Part shown: positions 15,001 through 30,000 of the stretch, piece after piece
Numbering within the stretch: position 1 is the stretch's first letter
How the letters are laid out: each line of letters starts with the position of its first letter
NCBI GenBank assembly: GCA_052034235.1
Contig: JBPOIT010000009.1
Coordinates: 8,203-72,202, forward strand
Source of the DNA: Candidatus Levyibacteriota bacterium
Lineage (GTDB): Bacteria > Patescibacteriota > Microgenomatia > Levybacterales > UBA12049
Reading direction: 5' to 3'
Length of the DNA stretch: 64,000 bases
Notes under the pieces: generated by a model
The model's input: only the letters and a program-made list of their open reading frames with translations
The model's database searches: none
What the model was told of the DNA's origin: nothing
Translations under genes and position numbers: made by a program

Positions 15001-18000
15001 GATATGACTATGGCATTGAGTTTGAAGGTTCAAGTGCAAACAATAATGAACTCTTCCTTACAGCCGCAAATGCAACTGCAGACAGAACAATTACCCTGCC
15101 AGATCTTACCGGTACGGTTGCCCTGCTTGAAAATGCACAATCATTCACCGGTTTGAAATCATTCACCAATGCGTCAGGAATTATTGTCGGTGAAGATTTG
15201 GCAACCAACACCAAAGGTGTCATTACACTTATCGGCGAAGGTGCAAACAATTTCTCAACAACATTCCAGACAACAACACAATCACAAAACATCACCTATA
15301 CCCTCCCTGCTGATGATGGCGTTAATAACTATGTGCTTTCAACCGATGGCAGCGGTAATCTTTCATGGCAATCAGCATCAGGCGTTGGTGCAGGAACCAT
15401 AACCGCTGTTGGCAATGTCCTGACCGGAACATCATTCACCGGTAGTGATTCCAGTGTTCAAAAAGGTAACGAGTTATACTTCGAAGGATCAACCAGTACT
15501 GATGATGCATATGAAATTCTGCTAACGGCTGTTAATCCATCAGCCGACAGAATTTACACGATGCCAGATCTCGGCACCGACGGCACATTTGCCTTCCTCG
15601 AAGGAACACAAACATTCAGTGGTGCAAAGACCTTCAATGATCTCACCATTGCCGACACCAATGTCGTCCTTTCTGGTGGTGATTCAACCTTGGATATAAC
15701 AGGAGCCGCGACACGAACATTGAGTCTTCTTAATTCAACAGGCGGACAAGTTGCAAATCTTGATCTCACTGATGGTGGTCTCTTCACCGGCAGTACAAGC
15801 AGACTTACCAATGCAGGCGGACTTGAAAATATCACCGGCTATTCACAAACATCAGGTAACTTCCAGCAAACAGGTGCCGGCACATTCTCAACAGGTACAG
15901 GCAACGTTTCACTCAACGGCGACACATCAGTCACCAGTGATAATACCTTCACCGTTGGAACCGGCCTGACCTCACTCGGCGGACAATTGGGAGTATCAAG
16001 TTATGCAACCTTTAGTGCGACAGTTGATATCGCAGATGATACAACTATTGGCGGAACACTTGATGTTGCCGGTGCAACCACACTTAACTCAACACTCGAT
16101 GTCGATGGGACAGCAACCTTTAATGGAGATATCCTTCAAACCGGAAGTGGCGCATTGACAACCGGAACAGGAGCCGTGACACTTAACGGAGACACAACCC
16201 TTGTTTCAGGAAAGACACTCACAACAACCGGCAGTCTCGCTGCAAACGGTCAATCAACCTTTACACCAACCGGCACCAATGATGTTTCATTTGTCACGGA
16301 TACAGATTCATTCATCAATATCACCGGCCTGACAACTGCGACAGGAACAGCTGTTTGTATCGATGCAACCAACAATATCGTCAAATGTTCGGCTGCCTCC
16401 TCTACCCTGCAAGGTGCATACGTCGGCGGCAATACCATAACAACTAGTGATGCCAGAGATATTACCTTTACTCTTGCAAACACAGCAACAGATAGTAACT
16501 TCACCGTTACCACTGCTGCTGGTGGAGCTGGTTATAGCTACTTTGGTTTGGCAGACGGCACCAACACTGCACCTCCAGCACAACTCGTCCTTGTTGAGAA
16601 TTTGGATACTGATGAAGCTTTGCCAGCAGGTATTAAGATTCAATCAGCATCAGGCGGCATCACCAATGGTCTTGATGTCTCAGATGCTCAAATCGTTAAT
16701 GCAATCGCACTTGGAGAAAATAACATAACCGGTACCTACTTCTCAGTTGATGGCGGAACAGGCAATGTCACAGCTGCTGGATCAGCAAGTATTGGCGGCG
16801 GTTACGGATCAACTGGCGTCACCATCAGTAGTGCTGGAAACATTCAGGCAAACGGCACACTTACCATAGACGGCACATCAACACTGACCGGAGATGTGAC
16901 TGCGAGTGGTGACCTCGCTGTGAACGGTGGAGACATCACAACATCATCAGGCACAGCAGCAATCTTTAATACCGGTGCAACATCACTCAGTATCGGCGGA
17001 GCTGCCACTACCCTTTCACTCGGTGCAGGAACTGGCACAACAACAGTGAATAATGCACTCACTGCAACTGGTTTGATCACAGCTAATGCAGGAGCAACCA
17101 TTCCAACCGGCCAATCCCTTACCGCAAATGGTGCATCAACGTTCTCACCTAACTTAACCAACGATGTCACCATTAACACCGATACTGATTCATTCTTAAC
17201 CATCACCGGGCTGACAACTCCTGGCCTTGCTGGTAACGCACTTTGTGTCGATGCAACCAACAATGTCACCAAATGTGCAGCTTCAACCTTTACCCTGCAA
17301 GGTGCATATGACGGCGGCAACAGCTTGACTACAACTGATGCTCGAAACATCAGCTTCACGCTTGCTGATACCTCAACTGACAGTAACTTTGCTATCACAA
17401 CCGCTGACGGTTCAACCGGTTACACCTCCTTCACCAGAGCAAATGGCGCTGGTACGGCAGATCCTGCCCAGCTGATCTTGGTTGATAATCTCGACACCGA
17501 CAGAAGTATCACAGCTGGTATTAAGATTCAATCAGCTGCCGGAACCATCACCAATGGCATTGACCTTTCAGATATTGAAATCGTGAACGCATTGTCTCTC
17601 GGTGCAAATGACATCATTGCAAGTAACTTTACCCTTAATGGCAACAACGGAGATATCACAACTGCTGGAGATATCGCAGTCAACGGCGGCACAATCACAA
17701 CAACACAAGCAACAGCTGAGATCTTTAACACCAATGCAACTAACCTTTCTATCGGCGGAGCTGCCACTACCCTTTCACTTGGCGCTGCAACCGGAACCGC
17801 AACAATCAACAATGCAACTGTTAACTTTGCAAATGCGACATCCTTTACGGCAGCGGGTGCAGCAGCAACCTTTGATTCAGTCGCAGTCGGCGGGGGTTAT
17901 GGTTCAACCGGCGCAACCATTTCAAATACTGGCAATATCTCAGCAAATGGCGTACTCATTGTTGACGGAACATCAACACTCACCGGTGATGTCACTACTG

Positions 18001-21000
18001 CAGGAGATATCGCAGTGAACGGCGGAGACATTACAACATCAGCTGGAACTGCTGCTCTCTTTAATACTGGAGCCTCAACAGTTAATATTGGCGGCGACGC
18101 AACAACAGTCAGCATCGGCGATGCAACCGGAACAACAACCGTGAATAATGCACTCACTGCAACTGGTTTGATTACAGCTAACGCAGGTGCAACAGTTGCA
18201 ACTGGTCAAACATTTACAGCAAATGGACAATCAACCTTTACACCAAACTTAACCAATGACATAAGTATCACAACCGATACTGATTCATTCCTGAACGTTG
18301 CCGGTTTGACAACTGCGACAGGAAATGCTCTTTGTATCGATGCAACAGACAACATCGTTAAATGTTCAGCTGCTTCTATCACATTGCAGTCTGCTTACAC
18401 TGGCGGCAACACCATCACCACAACAGATGCAAGGGGTATCGACTTTACGCTTGCAAATACTGCAACTGACAGTAACTTCTCTATTACCACTGCCGATGAT
18501 TCAACCGGTTTCTCAGCATTTACCAGAGTAAACGGCACCGGCACCAACAACCCAGCACAGTTGATCTTGGTTGATAATCTCGACACAGATCAAGCAATTG
18601 CAGCTGGTATCAAGATTCAATCAGCAGCTGGCGGCATCACCAACGGCATTGACCTTTCAGATATCGACATCGTGAACGCATTGTCACTCGGTGCAAATGA
18701 TGTGATAGCATCCAACTTCTCTATCACCGGATCAAATGGCAATATCGGAACTGGCGGCACAATTACTGCCACTGGTGATATCAATGCAAATTCCGGAACG
18801 CTTGCAACAACCCAAACAACTGCAAATCTGTTCAACGCTACCGCAACCACGCTTAACATTGGCGGCGCGGCAACGACTTTGACACTTGGCGCGGCAACTG
18901 GAACAGCAACCATCAACAATGCGACCATCAACTTCCCGAATGCAACATCCTTCACTGCTCCAAATGCAGCTGCAACCTTTGATTCAGTTGCTATCGGTGG
19001 CGGTTATGGTACAGCTGGCGCAACCATTTCAAATGCCGGTACGATTCAGGCAAACGGCAATTTAACTATCGACGGCACATCAACACTCACTGGTGACGTG
19101 ACAACTGGCGGAACGATCAATGCAAATGGCGGTACAATTGCTACCACCCAAACAACAGCTAACTTGCTTAACGCAACTGCTACAACTGTCAACTTTGCAG
19201 GAGCTGCTACTACCCTTTCAATCGGCGCAGCAACAGGTACCTCAAACATCAATAACAACTTGCTTGTTGACGGCACAACGACATCAACTGGACTGGCGAC
19301 CTTTAACGGCGGTGCAACTGTTGCAACTGGTCAAACCTTTAGTGCCGGCGGTCAATCAACCTTCACACCAGACAGTACCAATGACATCAATATCACAACC
19401 GATGCAGATTCCTTCCTGAACATTGCAGGACTGACAACTGCAACCGGCAATACCGTTTGTATCGATGCCACAAACAACATTGTTAAATGTTCAGCTGCTT
19501 CTATCACCTTGCAGTCAGCTTATAACGGCGGCAATACCATCACCACAACCGATAACAAGAGTATTTCATTCACGCTTGCTAACACTGCAACTGACAGTAA
19601 CTTCAGTGTCCAAACTGCTGCCGGCGGAGCTGGTTACAGTTACTTCGGTTTGGTTGACGGCACTAATACCGCTCCTCCAGCACAGCTCGTCCTGATTGAA
19701 AATCTTGATACTGATGAAGCGTTGGATACTGGCCTTCGAATCCAAGCTGCAGCAGGCGGTATTAACACAGCAATTGATCTGTCTGATGCTGATATTGATA
19801 CGGCACTTTTGCTCGGTGCCAATGATGTTACCGGCTCTAACTTCTCTATCACAGGATCAAACGGTAATATCGGTACTGGCGGCACAATTACTGCAACTGG
19901 CGACATCACCAGCGGTGGAAACCTCGCAGCGAACACTGGTTCACTCACCACAACTGCGACATCTGCAAATCTGTTTAATACCAACGCAACAACACTTGCA
20001 ATCGGCGGCGCGGCAACAACACTCACACTCGGAGCAACAACCGGTACTGCAACCATCAGTAACGCAACCATCAACTTCCCGAATGCAACATCATTTACGG
20101 CTCCTAATGCAGCTGCAACCTTTGATTCAGTTGCTATCGGCGGCGGTTATGGTGCAGCTGGTGCAACCATTTCAAATAGTGGTACTATCCAGGCAAACGG
20201 TAACTTAACCATCGACGGAACGTCAACACTCACTGGTAATGTCACAACTGCCGGCGATGTTGCAGTTAACGGCGGCGATGTCACAACAACCCAAACAATA
20301 GCAGCACTCTTTAACACCAACGCAACAACACTTAATATCGGCGGAGTTGCAACAACAATCTCAATCGGTGCAGGTTCAGGAACAACAACGGTGAATAATG
20401 CACTAACTGCAACAGGTCTGATCACAGCAAACGCCGGCGCAACGGTTGCTAACGGCCAGACATTCACAGCTGGTGGTCAATCAACATTTACACCAACCGG
20501 CACTAACGATGTCAGTATCACAACCGATGCAGACTCATTCTTAAACGTTGCTGGTTTGACAACAGCTGCCGGTGATAACATTTGTATCGATGCCACAAAC
20601 AACATCGTTAAATGTGCAACAGCTTCAGTCACCTTGCAAGAAGCATATGATGGCGGCAATACTATCACCACAACTGATGCACGAAGTATCGACTTTACCC
20701 TTGCCAACACAGCGACAGACAGTAACTTCAGTGTCCAAACCGCTGCTGGTTCAACAGGTTATAACTACTTCAGTTTGGCAAACGGTACCAACACTACCTC
20801 CCCTGCACAGCTCGTGTTGATTGAAAATCTTGATACTGATGAAGCGTTGGATACCGGCATCAGAATCCAAGCAGCTGCCGGTGGTATTAACACTGCTATT
20901 GATTTGTCTGATGCTGATATTGATACAGCATTGTTACTCGGTGCCAATGATGTTACCGGAGCTAGCTTCTCTATCACCGGGGCAAACGGCAACATCGGAA

Positions 21001-24000
21001 CCGGCGGTACCATAACAGCTGCTGGAGACATCAATGCAAACTCAGGAACACTTGCAACCACGCAAACAACTGCAAATCTGTTCAACACCAATGCAACAAC
21101 ACTTAACGTTGGCGGTGCTGCGACATCAGTTGTTCTTGGCGCAACAACCGGTACAGCAACAATCAATAACGCAACAGTGAATTTTGCAAATGCGACATCC
21201 TTCACTGCTCCAACTGCTGCTGCAACTTTGGATTCACTTCAAATTGGCGGCGGTTACGGAAGTAGCGGTACAACACTGACAAATACTGGCAACATCTCTG
21301 CAAATGGCGCACTTGTTATTGACGGCACCTCAACTCTGACCGGGAATGTCACAACTGCTGGTGATGTTGCAGTTAACGGCGGAGATGTGACCACAACATT
21401 TGCAACCGGCAATCTCTTTAATACCAATGCAACAACAGTTAATGTCGGAGGAGCTGCGACTGCCTACACCATCGGTGCACCAACAGCAACAGGAAATATC
21501 CGAGGCACAACCATTAACTTCACGAATGCAACAACCATTGATGCAAACCTCGCAGCAGCATCCATTGATTCAGCAACAATCGGTGGAGGTTATGGCACAT
21601 CCGGTGTAAGTATCAGCAATGCAGGAACTATCCAAGCAAACGGTAACTTAACTGTTGATGGCACATCAACACTGACCGGCGATGTCACAACAGCTGGCGA
21701 TGTTGCTGTAAACGGCGGAGATCTGACAAGTTCAGCTGGAACATTCAATCTGGTCAATACCGGCACCACCACCCTTAACATCGGTGGAGATGCAACAACG
21801 GTCAGTATCGGTGATGCAACTGGAACAACAACAGTCAATAATGCACTCACCGCAACAGGTCTGATCACAGCAAATGCAGGCGCAACGGTTGCAACAGGTC
21901 AAACATTTACAGCAAACGGTGCATCTACATTCTCACCTAACTTAACAAATGATGTCACCATCAACACTGATGCTGATTCATTCCTCGTTCTCACCGGTTT
22001 GCAAACAGCTGCTGGCGACACCGTTTGTATCGATGCCACAAACAACATCGTCAAATGTGCAACTGCTGCCGGCACATTGCAGTCTGCATATAACAGCGGC
22101 AACACCATCACAACAACTGATGCACGTGATCTTACATTCTCACTTGCTAATACATCAACTGACAGTAACTTCACCATCACTACAGCAGCTGGATCAACCG
22201 GTTACACATACTTCGGTTTGGCAGACGGCACCAACACCACTCCTCCAGCACAACTCGTGTTGGTTGAAAATCTTGATACTGATGAAGCGTTGCCAGCTGG
22301 TATTAAAGTCAGATCAGCATCTGGCACCATCACCAACGGCATTGATCTTTCAGATGATGAAATCGTTAATGCTTTAACACTCGGTGCCAATGATGTTACA
22401 GCAACCAACTTCTCTATCACCGGTACAAACGGCAATATCGGAACCGGCGGAACAATAACAGCTGCTGGCAACATCAATGCTAATTCCGGAACACTGGCAA
22501 CAACACAAACAACCGGTAATCTCTTCAATGCAACAGTGACAACACTTAACATTGGCGGCGCTGCAACGACATATACACTCGGAGCAACCAATGCCACAGG
22601 CAATATCCGTGGCACAACAATCAACTTCCCGAATGCGACTGCTATCAATGGCACCAGTGCAACTGCTAACTTTGATACCATCACTTCCGGACAGGGTTAT
22701 GGCACTGCTGGTGTCACCCTTTCAAATGCTGGTGATATCTCTGCTAATGGTGCACTTATCATTGATGGCACCTCAACACTCACCGGCAATGTCACTGCTG
22801 CAACTGACGTTGCTATCAACGGCGGAGATCTGACAACCAGTTCCACAACCTTTAACTTGCTTAACGCTACGGCAACAACCATTAACTTCGGCAGTGCAGC
22901 AACGGCACTTTCAATTGGAGCTGGAACTGGCACAACCAACATCAACAACAACCTGCTTGTTGATGGCACCACCACGTCAACCGGTCTCGCAACATTTAAT
23001 GGCGGCGCAACAGTTGCAACCGGTCAAACATTTACAGCAAATGGTCAATCAACCTTTACACCGAACTTAACCAATGACATCAATATCACAACCGATGCTG
23101 ATTCATTCCTGAATGTTGCTGGTTTGACAACAGCTGCCGGCGATAACATTTGTATCGATGCCACAAACAACATCGTCATCTGTGCAACCGCAGCAGTTAC
23201 CTTGCAGGGAGCATATGACGGCGGCAACACCATCAGTACAACTGATGCACGTAATATCTCCTTCACCCTTGAAGACACTGCAACTGACAGTAACTTCAGT
23301 GTTCAAACTGCAGCAGGTGGAGCTGGTTACAGTTACTTCGGATTGGCTGATGGTACAAACACTACCCCACCTGCACAACTCGTGCTTGTTGAAAATCTTG
23401 ACACCAATGAAGCAGTTCCAGCTGGTATTAAGATTCAATCAGCAGCCGGTGGTATCACCACAGCACTTGATGTTTCAGATGCTGAAATCGGTACTGCCCT
23501 TCTCTTTGGAGAAAATAACATAACCGGTACCTACTTCTCAGTAACCGGATCAAATGGCAATGTCGGAACAGCTGGTACCATAACTGCTGCTGGTAACATC
23601 AATGCTAATTCCGGTACACTCGCAACAACGCAGACAACTGCAAATCTGTTCAACGCTACCGCAACAACACTTAATATCGGCGGCGCTGCTACAACACTTA
23701 ACTTGGGTGCAAATAGTGGTACAGCAACCATCAACAATGCAACGATTAACTTCCCAACTGCGACATCATTCACTGCACCAAATGCTGCTGCAACCTTTGA
23801 TTCAGTTGCAATCGGCGGCGGTTATGGTTCAACTGGAGTTACGATCAGTACCGCTGGAAACATCCAAGCAAACGGTACCTTAACTGTTGACGGCGTTTCA
23901 ACACTTACCGGCAATGTGACAGCATCTGCTGATCTCGCTGTTAACGGCGGCGATCTGACATCAAGTCAAACAACATTCAATCTGCTCAACAGCGGCGTCA

Positions 24001-27000
24001 CAACACTTAACATTGGAAATGATGCAACAACGGTAAGTATCGGTGAAACAACTGGTACAACAACAGTGAATAATGATTTGGCAGTTACCGGAGCTGGAAC
24101 CTTCACGGGAACACTCACAGCAAATGGTGATTTTGCAGCCAACAGTGCATCCGCCTTCACACCATCAGGAACCAATGATGTCACGATCACCAGTGATGCA
24201 GATTCATTCCTCGTGTTGCCAGGCCTCACTACTCCAGGAACAGCCGGCTCAACACTTTGTGTCGATGCAACCAATAACGTTACCAAATGTTCAGCCAACA
24301 CAATCACCTTGCAGTCTGCATACACAGGCGGTAACACGATCACCACAACCAATAACAGAGATATCTCATTCACACTTGCCAATACTGCAACAGACAGTAA
24401 CTTTGCTGTCACAACTGCTGATGATTCAACCGGTTACGCAGCATTCACCAGAGTGAACGGCACCGGCACAAACAACCCAGCACAGTTGATCCTTGTTGAT
24501 AATCTCGATACAGACCAAGCAATCGCAGCCGGTATCAAAATCCAATCAGCTGCTGGTACCATCACCAACGGCATTGATCTTTCAGATATAGATATTGTTA
24601 ATGCCCTTTCGCTTGGTGCAAACGACATCATCGCTACCAACTTCACACTCGATGGCACAACCGGCACAATCACAACCGCTGGAGATTTGGCTCTTAACGG
24701 CAGTGATATTACAACAACATCAACGGGTATTGCATCAGTCTTTAATACCAATGCAACAACACTTAACGTCGGCGGCGCGGCAACTGCTCTTAATCTCGGC
24801 GCGGCAACTGGAACAGCAACGATAAACAATGCAACCATTAACTTCCCAACTGCGACATCTTTCACTGCGCCAAATGCAGCTGCAACATTTAGTTCAGTAG
24901 CAATCGGCGGCGGATACGGTTCAACCGGCGTCACTATCAGTACCGCTGGCAACATCCAGGCAAACGGCACCTTAACAGTTGATGGCGTCTCAACACTCAC
25001 CGGCAATGTGACAGCAGCTGCTGATCTCGCTGTTAACGGCGGTGACCTGACAACAAATCAAACAACATTTAACCTGATCGACGCTGGTGCAACCACCGTT
25101 AACTTTGCTGGTGCTGCAACAACACTTGCAATCGGTGCAGGTACCGGAACAACAACACTTGATAACAACCTGACTGCAAATCTCGTTGACAACAATGCAG
25201 ATGCACTTGATATCCAGGAGAACGGCTACAATTACATTAACATCAACACAACAGACGGCTCTGAAGAAGTTGCATTTGGCAATGGCACAACCAACCCAAT
25301 CTACTCATTCTTAGGAAATGGTGCGACATCATTTGCAGGAAACGTTGCAGTCAACGGCGGCACACTCTCAACATCACAATCATCAGCCAACTTGTTCAAC
25401 ACCAATGCAACAACGCTTAGCGTCGGCGGCGCTGCAACAACACTTAACTTGGGTGCAACAACAGGAACTGCAAACATCAGAAACGTAACGATTAACTTTG
25501 CCAATGCAACATCCTTCACTGCACCAAATGCAGCTGCAACCTTTGATTCAGTCGCAATCGGCGGCGGTTATGGTTCAACAGGTGTCACCATCAGTAACGC
25601 TGGAAATATCCAGGCAAACGGAACCTTAACAGTTGACGGTGTTTCAACTCTTACCGGCAATGTCACAGCAGCTGCTGATGTTGCAATCAACGGCGGCGAT
25701 TTGACATCAAGTCAAACGACATTTAACCTCCTCAACAGCGGTGTGACAACACTCAATATCGGAAGTGATGCAACTGTTCTTTCACTTGGAGACGCAACTG
25801 GAACAACAACAGTGAATAACGCACTGACAGTAACAGGTGCTGCAACATTTAATGGCGGTGCAACTGTCCCAGCAAGTCAAACATTCTCAGCAAATGGTGT
25901 TTCAACATTTGCACCAAACTTAACCAATGATGTCACCTTCACCACTGATTCGGATTCAACAATTATCCTTAACGGTTTGGGAACAACAACCGGTACCCCA
26001 CTCTGTCTTGACGCCACCAACAATGTCGTCCAATGTGCAAACGCATCACTCAGTCTGCAAAACGCATATGTTGGCGGCAACACCATAACGACAACTGATG
26101 CACGAAATATTTCATTCACTCTTGCTGATACCGCAACTGACAGCAACTTCAGTGTTCAAACTGCAGCCGGCGGCGCTGGTTACAGCTACTTCGGTTTGGT
26201 TGACGGCACTAACACCGCTCCTCCAGCACAGCTTGTTTTGATTGAAAATCTGGATACTGATGAAGCTTTGGATACAGGCCTCAGGATCCAAGCAGACGCA
26301 GGCGGCATAAATACAGCTATCGATTTGTCTGATACAGACATTGATACTGCACTTTTACTCGGTGCAAATGATGTCACCGGCTCTAACTTCTCTATCACCG
26401 GCACCAACGGCAATATTGGAACCGGCGGTACCATCACAGCAACCGGCAATATCAATGCAAATTCAGGAACGATTGCAACGAGTCAATCAACCGGAAATCT
26501 GTTTAATACAACAGCAACAACCCTTAACATCGGCGGTGCTGCTACTACGTACACACTCGGTGCAACCAATGCAACAGGAAACATCCGCGGAACAACGATC
26601 AACTTCCCGAATGCGACAACCATCAATGGAACCCTGGCAACAGCTAACTTTGACATCATCACATCAGGTCAAGGTTTTGGAAATTCAGGTGTCACCCTTG
26701 CAAGTAACGGCAACATTTCAGGTGATGGAGACTTAACAATCGGCGGTGCTGCTGCAATTACTGGTACAGCAACAGTTACTGGTGATGTCGCAGTCAACGG
26801 CGGCGATCTGACAACCACTGCAACCACCTTTAACTTACTTAACAGTACAGCAACAACTGTTAACTTCGCCGGTGCAGCAACAACACTGGCAATCGGTGCA
26901 GGAACTGGCACAACAAACATCAACAATGACTTGCTCATTGACGGCACAACCACGTCAACCGGACTTGCAACCTTTAATGGCGGTGCAACAGTTTCAAATG

Positions 27001-30000
27001 GACAAACATTTAATGCAAATGGCGCATCAAACTTTGCACCAACATTAACAAATGACATCACCTTTACAACCGATACTGATTCAACTGTTATCCTTAACGG
27101 TTTGGGAACAACAACCGGTACCCCACTCTGTCTTGATGCCACAAACAATGTTGTTCAATGTGCAAATGCAACACTCAGTCTGCAAAATGCCTATGCAGGT
27201 GGTAACACGATCACCACAACTGATGCACGAAATATCGGCTTCACACTTGCTAACACAACAACTGACAGTAACTTTACCGTTACCACAGCTGCAGGCAGTG
27301 AAGGTTACAGCTACTTCGGACTTGCTGATGGCACAAACACCGCTCCTCCAGCACAACTCGTTCTGGTTGAGAATCTTGACACCGATGAAGCATTGCCAGC
27401 TGGTATTAAGATTCAATCAGCAGCCGGCGGCATCACCAATGGTATTGATCTTTCAGATCCTGAAATCCTTAATGCATTGTCACTTGGTCTTAATGATGTC
27501 ACTGCAAATAACTTCTCTATCACCGGATCAAACGGCAATATTGGCACTGGCGGCACCATCACCGCAACCGGCAACATCACAACAGCTGGTGATGTTGCAG
27601 CCAACGGCGGCGATGTGACAACCACTACGTCAACAGGAAATCTGTTCAATACCAACGCAACAACGGTTAACATTGGTGGTGTTGCAACAGCACTGACACT
27701 CGGTGCAAATACAGGAAGTGCAACAATCAGAAATGAGACAGTCACCTTCTCCAATGCAACAACCTTTGATGCAACAAGTGCAACTGCCAACTTCAACATT
27801 GTTACTGCAGGACAAGGGTATGGTAATACCGGAGTCACACTTGGTAACACTGGTAATATCCAGGCAAACGGCACCTTAACAATTGACAGCACGTCAACAC
27901 TTACCGGTAATGTCACCGCTGCAGCTGATGTTGCAATCAACGGCGGAGATTTGACATCAAGTCAAACAACATTTAACTTACTTAACAGCGGTGTCACCAC
28001 ACTTAATGTTGGCGGCGTTGCAACTGCACTTAATTTCGGTGCAGCAACAGGAACAACAACCATCAACAACCTGACACTCGCCCTGCCAAACGCAACTGCA
28101 ATCAATGCAACAGCTGCAACAGCAAATCTTGATATTGTAAATGTTGGCGGCGGTTACGGTTCAGCTGGTGTCACACTTGGCAACACCGGAAACATTCAGG
28201 CAAACGGCAACTTAACAATCGACGGCACATCAACACTGACCGGTGATGTTACCGCTGCAGCTGATGTTGCAATCAACGGCGGAGACCTGACATCAAGTCA
28301 AACAACCTTCAATCTGCTCAATAGCGGTGTCACAACACTTAATGTTGGCGGCGCTGCAACAACACTTTCACTCGGTGCTGGAACAGGAACAACAACACTT
28401 AACAACAACCTGACAGCAAACTTGATGGATGACAGTGCTGATGCACTTGATATTCAGGAAGCATCACACAATTACATCAACGTGAATACAACGAACAATT
28501 TTGAAGAAATTCAATTTGGCAATACTGTCACGAACCCAATCTATTCATTCCTCGGTAGTGGCGCTTCCACATTCTCAGGAAATATCAATGCCAATTCCGG
28601 AACAATCGCCACCAACCAAACAATAGCAAATCTGTTTAATACAACAGCAACAACACTCAGTATTGGCGGCGCAGCAACCAACTTAACAATGGGTGCAAAC
28701 AACTCAGGAACAACAACAATCAGAAACTCAACACTTGCTCTGCCAAATGCTCGTGTCGGTATCGGTACATCAACTCCTATCTCAATGCTACATGTCACTC
28801 GCCCACTTTCACTCGGTGCGATTGGTAAAGCAACAGCAATCTTTGATCAATATGAGAGTCAGGATATTCTTACTGCATCAGCAGCAGGAACAACCCGCTT
28901 CACTGTTTCAAATGCAGGAAACATCACCAACAGCGGAACAATCACAGCAGGTGGAGATATCACAACAACCGGCGATGTCGCAGTTAACGGCGGTGACCTG
29001 ACAACAACAGCTGGCACTGCTGCTCTCTTCAATACGGGTGCAACAACAGTTAATATCGGCGGCGCTGCAACAACAGTTAATATCGGAAATGCTGCAGGAA
29101 CAACATTTGTTAATGGCGGACTCACAGTTGCCAACGGTGAAACATTTACTGCCGGCGGTCAATCAACCTTCACACCAACCGGTACCAACGGTGTGACCAT
29201 TACAACAGATGCAGATTCATTCCTGACAGTTAACGGCCTGGCATCTGCAACCGGAACAGCAGTGTGTATCGATGCCACAAACCACATTATTACCTGTGAT
29301 GATGCTTCCCAAAGTCTGCAATCTGCATATGACAATGGCAACAGTATCACAACAACTAATAACCGTGATATCGACTTCACTCTTGCAAACACTGGAACTG
29401 ATTCTCTCTTCAGTGTCTCAACCGCTGATGATTCAACCGGTTATTCAGTGTTCTCAAGAACAAACGGTGCAGGAACAAATGACCCAACGCAGCTCGTGCT
29501 TATTGATAACGAAGATGCAGATCGCGCATTGCCAGTTGGTTTGAAGATTTCTTCAACCGGCGGCGGCGGTATTACAACTGGTATTGATTTGTCAGATGCA
29601 ACTATTGATGATGCAATCATTCTTGGTGCAAATGACGTCGTCGGCTCAAGCTTTACTATTGATGGTTCAAACGGCAACATTACAACAACTGGAGTCATTG
29701 CAGCAAATGGCGGTTCAATTACCACCAACCAAACAACAGCAAATGTGTTTAATACAAACGCAACATCACTCTCTATCGGCGGTGCTGCAACAACACTTAA
29801 TCTCGGTGCAACAACAGGAACGGCAGCCATCAGAAATGCGACAATTTCATTCCCGAACGCAACAACAGTTAGTGCAGCAAACGCAACCGGCAACTTCAGT
29901 GCACTCACAACCGGCGGCGGTTATGCATCAACTGGTACAACCATTTCAAGTACTGGTGATATCCAAACCAAAGGCGCGTTAACTGTTGATGGTATTTCAA

